A stretch of 63,986 nucleotides of DNA, filler included, from Folioceros fuciformis (Eukaryota): NCBI GenBank assembly GCA_049999805.1. It is 4 parts of 4 records of this genome, joined end to end, with 100 filler letters (N's around TTAATTAATTAA, not from the genome) between each part and the next. Parts side by side here need not be neighbours in the genome. Positions count along the whole stretch, not along the records: positions 30,386 to 59,232 come from JBNGIO010004659.1; positions 59,333 to 62,873 come from JBNGIO010004666.1; positions 62,974 to 63,986 come from JBNGIO010004690.1; 1 more part is not named here. One strand, written 5' to 3'. Within the stretch, counting starts at the first letter, position 1; the number at the start of each line of letters is the position of its first letter. This document shows positions 55,790 through 63,986 of the stretch, piece by piece. The translations under genes and the position numbers were made by a program. The notes under the pieces are model-generated. The model was not told the DNA's origin. It was given only the letters and a program-made list of their open reading frames with translations, and did no database searches.

Positions 55790-58750
55790 GCACTATATAG
55801 ACAAATCGACTGTGCCCCCTAACCCCCTCGGACTAGGGTTCCGTCGATGGGGCTGCACCGTGTGCCCATGTGCACAACGCATGGTGGTAACTGTCAATGA
55901 CATGAAGTGCTTTGGGCATTGGATCCCGTGTGGGCTTTGGTGCGCGGTTCCTTTTCTTTTGTGGTAGATGAATTTTTTTCATCTTTTCTTCTTCAATAGT
56001 ATATTTTTAAATTAAATGCTCCCGTGATATGATTATATATTTTTCCCAATTTTAAAAAAAATTATTGCTCTCATTATATGAATTACTTTTGATTATATGT
56101 TTTTTCCAATTCTAATAAATTTTTAAATTCATTGCTCTCATTATATGAATCACTTTTGATTACATATTTTTCCTCTTCCTTTTCCCCATTGTGGTGTTGT
56201 TGTTGCAAAAGATTACCACATCACTTATTATGGGTCCTCAACCACTACTTTCATCGAAAATAACCTTTGTGAAAAGCTATAGTGCTCTACTTCACAAGGA
56301 CTTCAATCAAAGATCGTGGGGGGCTCAGCCTCAAAGTTTGGGCACGTAAAGCCACTACGGACCCTTTAAATTTGGGCACAGAGGGCCACTACGCACCCTT
56401 TTAGTGTCTTCGCAATGGCTTCATGAATAAGTGGACCACCTTTTGGGCATATATGTGGGCCATTTTAGTCACTCCCTTTAAGAGACCTGAAGCTGCATAT
56501 GCATTTCAACTAATCTTTCCAAGCACAAACTATTTAAGTGGATAAATAGTGTTCGAGAATAGAATGCCTTGCACACAATAACATCCTCCTACTTGAATAC
56601 TTCGTACGACATGTTTGATTTATGTACTTAAGTATTGAATAAATGGAAAGCTTCTTCACAGGAGCTTGCTTATTTGCTAAAGATGTCTTCAAATGTTTGT
56701 GAAAAGTATATGTATATGAATATATTCTTTATATATTGTTTGATGATAGATCGTCGTTGTCAATTTATTTGCTCTGATAATTGAACAATGATCTTTGCTA
56801 ATAAAACGTAAAAATATTTAAATTAAATACAATGCCATAAGTTTTGTATGTACATGAAATATAATACCAAAAAAATTTATATGTACATTTTTGCTACTTA
56901 GTGAACCAGAATGTGCACCCCTACACATAATAATGGTATGCAACATAGTAATTTGACAAAATAAGAAATAAACAGTATTGAAGGCTATTAATATCATCTT
57001 AATAAAAAAAACATATTATGATATCATCGCTCTTGGTTTGTTTGGTTTTTCTTGGAGAAAAGGCTACATCTTGACCAACACTAATTGGAAAGTAGCCTCT
57101 TCCTCGTTTATGATGATTTTATGAGACAACATTTGTAGGGTTGTGTTGTTTCCTCTTGCATAGGTCAACGTGAAGATGTTGCATGTCGAAACTAGTCAGC
57201 AGTAAGAGAAAGTCAAAGTGTTGTAAAAAAGGATTGGTGAACCTATCGTGCATTTTTGTTGCATAGGTGTCATGGGAAGTTCCCATCAACAGGATCATGT
57301 TTTCTACACTAGCTATGTTTGGCTCTTACTTCCGGTCCACAATTAATCAAACCCCTAAGGATGTTTGTGATTACGATGTTTATCATTATCAATTCTAAAA
57401 ACCGCTAGGATATGTATGATCGCTCATCATAAGTGAACATCAAGAAATCCAATCCACATATGCTTCCTACAACTCCCTTTAACTGGTGGGTGTTGTTGTC
57501 TTGTCTTAAAAGCCACCTCTCGGATCTCGCGAATCCATCTTGCCTTTGAGCTCGCTTAACTACCCCTTATCCTATACAGCACGTCGTGTTACTGTCTTTT
57601 ACCAGCACCCTATGACCAGCTCATGTGCTTATGCTCGTCATTTGCATGCCCATCATGTGCAAGCAACCATTTCCACACACACACCTTATTGCTTTTACTT
57701 ACAACTTTATGCCACGACAAACCCCACAATTCGAATGTATGTACGTACATTTGTGATGTATTGGATGCGTACTCTAACTTGTGCAACGGCTTCCAAGTGA
57801 CATGACATAGGAGTTGGAGACTTGGAGGTAAAGGACAACGCAATGACTGTGTTGGTGAATTCACACTTAGCAGAAAGTGAGCTCTTTATTCGATTAAGGC
57901 AACGTGGAAAATGTACAATTGTTGGAGTTCCTGCGCTGGTGCGGGCCATATCCTTGACCACAGCCGCTGCTACCATCTACTCAGCCACCATGAACATCCA
58001 TTGCAATTGTGTGGAACCCCTATGGCCCTAAAACAACCTATTGATCGGATACCCTATTTAGGTGCTCATATAAAAGTGCAATCGGGTTGCTTTTGACCTA
58101 ATAAGTACAATGGCGTTGTTGTTGACACTAGCCAACGATCCAATGGTGTGCTGGACCTTCACCTTGCCTTCATCAGCACCTATGAGGGATCACAGGCCTG
58201 GATTTTTGGTTTCAGAGGTAAGGTGGATCGAGGTGCCAAGCTAGGTGCAAACTAAAAGATGACCAACTAGTAAGAACAACAAGAGGCATTACCAAGAGGG
58301 ATTGCAAGGCCAAGTACCTGTTGAGTCATGGCGTTGGTGTTAGGTGGAGACAAGGGGACCTGAGCCAGCAATGGAGCTAGGCATTCCATGCACTTGTGTG
58401 TTTATATGTTGGGCAAAGAGAGGTGTATCAGTCTAATTTCGTGGTTAATGGCATGGACAGTTTGTGTGCCAGCTAGCCTTGCCACCACAATAATGTTGGT
58501 GGGCTTGCGTGTGTTGAGAAATCAACGGGTTCATTCATGCAGCTGTGTCTAAGAGCCATAGGCATCTTTTCAGTTTAGCATTACAAAAAGCCTTTTAGGC
58601 GGCTAAGATTATGGGTCGTCAAAGACATTGTCGGCGTGCAACAATAAGTGTGCTGTAAGGGTCACCTTGGTAATCACTATGTGCCCGCTCACGCAAGTAT
58701 GGACAGTATTTGTCAGCTCATTGATTCGTGTTCACTAAATAGTGATATAC
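55790..58750. mobile_element. AT-rich degenerate transposon-derived region, possibly CACTA-like
   Basis: AT-rich, no intact ORF. CACTATATAG at 55791 and CTAAATAGTG at ~58735-58744 are imperfect termini, with no matching TSD. Confidence 0.25.
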
Positions 58751-61700
58751 ATACATACCCATACATGGTATATATGTATGTATGTATGTGTATATATACA
58801 AGCCATTTGGCTTGCCAATTGCCTCTTATGAGGACTCACACACTCATTAACCTTGGCTTATGTATGAGATGAGAGGGAGACCTTGGATCACGTAGAGTGC
58901 TAGTATCAGAGCACTCATAAAGCTATAATTCACATTCATGGAGTTACAAACATGGGCTTGGTGTGGCTACAGGCACTCACCCAATATCAAAAATTCAGCC
59001 CGTAGATCTTGTCATAGCACTGTTAATTTTCTTGCTCATCATCAAGTTATNNNNNNNNNNAGATCTTGTCATAGCACTGTTAATTTTCTTGCTCATCATC
59101 AAGTTATCAGCAATACACGAATCAATGCATCACATTAGAACAATTAGCAGGAATGTCCCAAGCACACCAAGCAAGTGGACATCCTGGCTTGCTGTACACA
59201 CTCAGGGCAAGCTACTGGTGGGGCAGCCCCTCNNNNNNNNNNNNNNNNNNNNNNNNNNNNNNNNNNNNNNNNNNNNTTAATTAATTAANNNNNNNNNNNN
59301 NNNNNNNNNNNNNNNNNNNNNNNNNNNNNNNNTATAACGACATGAGTACTGCCGTTGAATGCCCTGTTCTGATAAGAATTTGCTGAACTCTCTGGAGAAG
59401 TACTCTCCCCCTCCATCAGATCTTAGGCATTTGATGTGCCTACCTGTCTGCTTCTCAACCATCGCCTTGAAAGTATGAAAATGAGTGATCATTTCACTTT
59501 TTTCTTTCATGAAATAGACCCACACCTTCCTTGTGTGGTCGTCAATGAAGGTCACATAGTACTTGCAACCTCCGATTGATGCAGTCTGTGTAGGATCCTA
59601 TACATCTGAATGCACAACATCCAACACATATCTGCTGACATGTTTGTCATGGGGGAACGCATTCCTAGGCTGTTTCCCAAGTTGACATGCTTCACATATA
59701 CCTTGCAGTCCATTTTTTGTAAGCTTGGGTATGCCTGTGACAACCTTCTGATGCTGCATGGACTTCAACTTCTGCACATTTACATGTCCAATGCGTTTGT
59801 GCCACATCTCTAGGTCTGTCACTACCCTTGTACCCTTCGCAAACATGGCTGACTTCAGCTTAGGAACCTCCACGTTCAAGGTGAACATCCGTCCAACCTT
59901 CTGTCCTTGAGCAATCAGGCGACCGCCTTTCTTGCACTCTTCAACAAAGAGTCCTGCAGGTGTAAATCTAACCTGCAGTCCTTGCTCAACCATCTGCCCA
60001 ACTGACACCAAGTTCTTTGTGATGTTGGGTACGTGAAGAACATCTACCAGGCACTTCACTTTGCCATCCTGCATCTTCAGAGGTACAGTTCCTGTATGCA
60101 CAATTGCATGTGTTGTGTCATCTCCAGTTTCTACATATCCAGGTTTGTCAAGCACTTGCATTTCTTTGAACCACTCCCCATGGCATGTCATGTGGTTCGA
60201 AGCTCCTGAGTCCACATACCACACAATCTCACCATTGTTGGATCCATTAGCAGACACAGAGTTAAGCATATGCTGCATGACAAACAAGTTTTCTGAGTCA
60301 TTCTGACTGCTGCTAGAGGCATAATTGTTCTGCTGCCTCCTGTTGCCTTGATTTCTCCTTGGACAGTCTCTTTCGAAGTGGTCTAACCTACCACAAGTCC
60401 AGCAACCACTATTGTCTGCATTTGCATCATTTTGTTGTTGATTTCCACGTCCTCTTTGACTCCCCCAGCCTCGAGAATTTTCTCCTCTTCCACGTGTACT
60501 CTTGTACTGGGACTCCTGATTCTGTTGTTGATTTTGGTAGGGATTCCAACCTCTACCACCTCTTTGCCCTCTGCCACCTTGGGCTCTACCTCTGCCTCTG
60601 CCAGAGTAGAAGGCCTGCTCAGAGTTTTCCTTAGGCTTAGAGGATGATTCCTCGCCTAGGTTTTTCTCCTCTATGATCAACATAGAAATCAGGTCTGAGA
60701 AATTGGGAATGTTTTCCCGAGTCTGTATGGAAGTCTTGAACTGCTTGTAGGCAGGTGTTAACCCGCGCAAGCAAACTTCGACCTTGTCATCATCTTCCAC
60801 ACTGACACCAATGGACGCAAGGGATTCCACTATCCCTTTGATCTTTAACGCGTACTCATTGATTGATAAGTTCTTCTTCATAACTGTGTTGAAGTCATTC
60901 TTCAACTGCAGTTTTCTCGCCTTCGTGTTAGTCTCATAGAGTTTTACCAACTCATCCCATGCTTCTTTGGGCGACTCTGCATCCTGTATGTGCCCAATCA
61001 TGGTGTCATGAATGCTGATTGACAGCCAATACATGACCTTCCGAGATCCTTGACTCAAATCCTTCAGTGCCTTAATCTGCTCCGCTGTTGCATTCCGTTC
61101 AAGTACTACAGGGGGTTTTTCATGCTCCCCCTCACTGTAGTCCCAATAACCCTTTCCCATAAGAAAGTTTGTAAAACGAAACTTCCAGGCATGGAAGTTG
61201 TTTTTGTCCAGCTTCTCCTGTACGATCTGGTTAATACTGTCACTGGCCATTCTTGCCACCACTCAAGGTTGACACTCAATCCTTTCTTGAGTACTCACAC
61301 CTGATAAATGTCTGAAAGAACCAGACTGCTTCTGACTGGAGTTTTACTCACAAGACCTTAAGTCTCTTCTTCCTAAGAGCAATCTGGTGCGGAATCACGC
61401 TGCCTTGCGTGAACCAGATTGTCTCATGCTCCGTGTCCTTACAGACTCTTGACTGTCTGCCCACAAAGCTCCTGTGAGATTTCCTGTCATTTCCTTCCCT
61501 GCTGCCAAGCTAGGGTTAGCACACTTTCTTGCAGCTGCTGAGGCTATTGCAGCTGTTGCCTCCACTTGTCAGCCCTTCCACAGAGCTCTGGGGATCAACA
61601 GCTAGTCCAGTAAGTTGACAGGGCCTTGTCGCCCTTCTTCTCACTTCCTGCACACACCGATATGAGAGTTAGCTGCCGGGACGCTTGCTGCCGATCTCCC

Positions 61701-61800
61701 TCCAAGCTGCTCCAACTTCTCGTAGCTGCTCTAGCTTCTGGTGTGCACTCTTGCTGCCTCTTGCAGCACCTCCTACGCCGATCTTGCACCGCCTGCACCG

Positions 61801-61813
61801 GGCTCTGATACCA
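61801..61813 (-). other. Primer-binding site (tRNA-iMet)
   Basis: TGGTATCAGAGCC directly after the LTR end TGACA on the - strand. Confidence 0.92.
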
Positions 61814-62106
61814 TGTCAATAGGATCGACTCCAATCTACGTGCAAGTGTAGGAGAGGAGAGGAGAGAAGAGAGGGTGGTATTGGTGATCACAACCATGAA
61901 AACAATACACATCACCACTGTCTTACTATGGAGGTCCGAGGTCTCCATTTAAGTAGTACATTTAGGGCTACACAACTTCCAGGTTCAATATGGGATAATC
62001 TACACTATCCTAAGTTCACTAATAACTAGAACTAGTCTAGTATGAACCCAACTGGGATAACTAACACCACATGAGTTTAGCTCATATAGAGCTCGATAAC
62101 TCAACA
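61814..62106 (-). repeat. 5' LTR of the Copia element (293 bp, TG...CA)
   Basis: Minus strand TGTTG...TGACA, bounded by the PBS and by interruption of a second Copia ORF. Confidence 0.85.
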
Positions 62107-62653
62107 TGAGGATCCATTGTCGAACTTCAACTCCACATCACCAACGCCTGCAATCTCGCATGCGTAGTTATTTCCAAGTCGTACACATCCTTTTCTAGTA
62201 GCATCATATGTGCTAAACCACTCTCTATGCGGAATAACATGGAAAGATGCTCCAGAGTCAATTATCCAATTAGAGAATAAGTGACTCTCCACGGCTGTCA
62301 GTTGTGCAGAATCGAAGGAAGAAGAGATAAGTACATCTCCATCGTCAACAGAATTCACCTCGTTAGGCTTGATACTCAGACTTGTTTTGTTGTCGCTTTG
62401 CTTCTTCTCCTTTCCTTTGTCCTTCTTGAACTTCTCGCAGTCCTTCCTAATGTGCCCCTTCTTGTGACAATGGTAACACTCAACATTGTTACGACTACGA
62501 GATTTACTACGGGAAGAACTTCGCTCCTTGTACTTCCCTTTTGAAGTGGACCTTCCTCTCACCATGAGGGCATTGGAACCTTTCGAAGGTTCCATATTCT
62601 TCCTGTTCACCTCCTCTGTTAACAGGCTACCTTCGACATTTACAATGGTAAGA
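62107..62653 (-). mobile_element. Fragment of an older Tnt1-like Copia gag-protease, interrupted on both sides
   Basis: ALMVRGRS, CYHCHKKGHIRKDC, WIIDSGASFH. Confidence 0.88.
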
Positions 62654-63986
62654 TGTGGAGGCAAAACCCCGGGCACGGATTGCCGACGGGTTCCACCTTT
62701 AGTGGCCACACTTATCCCACTGTCGTTGAGACATTGGGTTTCGTTCCCACGAAGGAGCGATGGGGTTCCTTGCTGCTGTGGATGGAGGGTCGGACTTGAT
62801 CGACTCGATGACGGATTCGAGGGCTCCCCTCCAGCTCCGATCAGGCGTAGGACAGGCCTCGCTGTCCGGCGGTNNNNNNNNNNNNNNNNNNNNNNNNNNN
62901 NNNNNNNNNNNNNNNNNTTAATTAATTAANNNNNNNNNNNNNNNNNNNNNNNNNNNNNNNNNNNNNNNNNNNNAAAAATCAACTTAACTATCCTACTTTA
63001 ACCATCCATCATCCACTCGCTTGGATCTTCCTCCTTTGGCGTGCTCAGTCTAACAGCTGTCCTGTTGGCTACCATTAAAGGTAGGGCTAGCTGCTGAAGG
63101 TGGTGATAGTGACCGGCCCTTTGGCGACTACGGATCTCCGGCAACGGCGGTCGCTGGGAACTCCTCGCCTCCACATGGGAATGGGGAGGTTCGCAAAACC
63201 TTCCTGTGGCCCCATCTGAACTAGCTAGACAGAAGGGGATCGGTTGAGGTCACCTTCGATCCAAGGTGACCATCATGGGTTTGAGGCCCTTGACTCCACG
63301 GCCACAATGGGCAGGGCGAGAGGTGGGCTAGCGAGTCCTCCATGCCACATAATGAGCTCCATGACCCTTGTGGTTTCTTGCAGGATGCAAACGATGTCTT
63401 CGTGATAGAAGGCAAAGTTGTCGTCTAATGCTGAATGACATCCATCACCATTCTTTGTAGTGCCCTATACTCCTGCCTCCACTGAGCTTTGGGGAGGCTA
63501 GCATGTTGCGTCGTGGCCCCCTCCACATATCTCCACAACTCGTTGAGGGCGTCGAAGGTAGCTCATCCTCCTTCTCATAACTTAAGATTGGTGGCTGCTT
63601 AAACTTGCATCTTTAGCAATCCTAGCTCCAATTCGTAGCTCCATCCTTCCAACTCCCGCATGGTCGCACAGAGTTACGGTTGTCTTGTTGAGTTTGAGGA
63701 CCCATTCATCCAAGCCCTTCCGCTTCGCTTCCCACGGGCTCGTGTGCTTTTAATGTTTCTCTCATGAGTGTGATTTCAGACCTTAGGGTCCAAATCTCGT
63801 GTAGGGACAATCTTTCTGCCGCCTATAAGTTGTGGAATTGCGCTAGCTCCTCCTCCACGTGTTTGGTGAGCTCTGTCACCCATTGGTAGAGGTGTGGACT
63901 CCACATGCTGAATAGACCCCTGGGAAAGGATAGGTTTTCTTTTTTTGGATTTGTGAGGGAGTGTTGTAGAGGAAAGGTGGGGGGAT

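Larger units (their letters stand above)
59333..62106 (-). mobile_element. Ty1/Copia LTR retrotransposon, 5' half (LTR, PBS, gag-protease-integrase), truncated by gap
   Basis: ORF 59598-61262 with Zn knuckle CWTCGRLDHFERDC, protease VDSGAS, integrase HKRIGH...CEAC. Premature TAG at 59598-59600 (HSDV*), then the integrase core LRSDGGGEY. Confidence 0.95.

Noticed and set aside
55791-58744. Intact CACTA element
   Set aside because: Termini match only partly, flanks differ (TCG versus ATA) and no recognisable transposase; kept only as a low-confidence remnant.
59004-59107. 47-bp direct repeat around a 10-N gap
   Set aside because: Same unmerged-overlap artefact.
62974-63986. Terminal segment after the last gap
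   Set aside because: Probably decayed retroelement sequence, but no diagnostic motif could be read.

Overview
Eukaryotic nuclear DNA from a seed-free land plant. Gene density, introns of about 80-300 bp, and PLS-class PPR genes with WW-type and KP-like C-termini suggest a hornwort, or possibly a fern or lycophyte (inference). The first ~55 kb holds tRNA-Gln and about 17 genes, identified by manual splicing and recalled family motifs, not database searches: TIM14/PAM18, an At2g21960-like M41-type protein, a PATRONUS/securin-like gene, BUD23, two PPR editing-factor genes, ELF4-like, a CURT1/TROL-like membrane protein, TOM5, an F-box/kelch gene, ABC1K1, an NXPE/PC-esterase-like gene, an intronless GST-zeta, a DUF7081-like pseudogene, two receptor kinases and a FAAP100-like gene. 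It also holds a degenerate PIF/Harbinger transposon. The last ~8 kb is nested, degenerate retroelements. The most striking item is a head-to-head receptor pair: a CRINKLY4-like active kinase facing a receptor built as EXORDIUM/PHI-1 - CUB - CUB - TM - pseudokinase. Other notable candidates are a plant FAAP100 and a possible TOM5/F-box bicistronic unit. N-runs with TTAATTAATTAA are scaffolding linkers.
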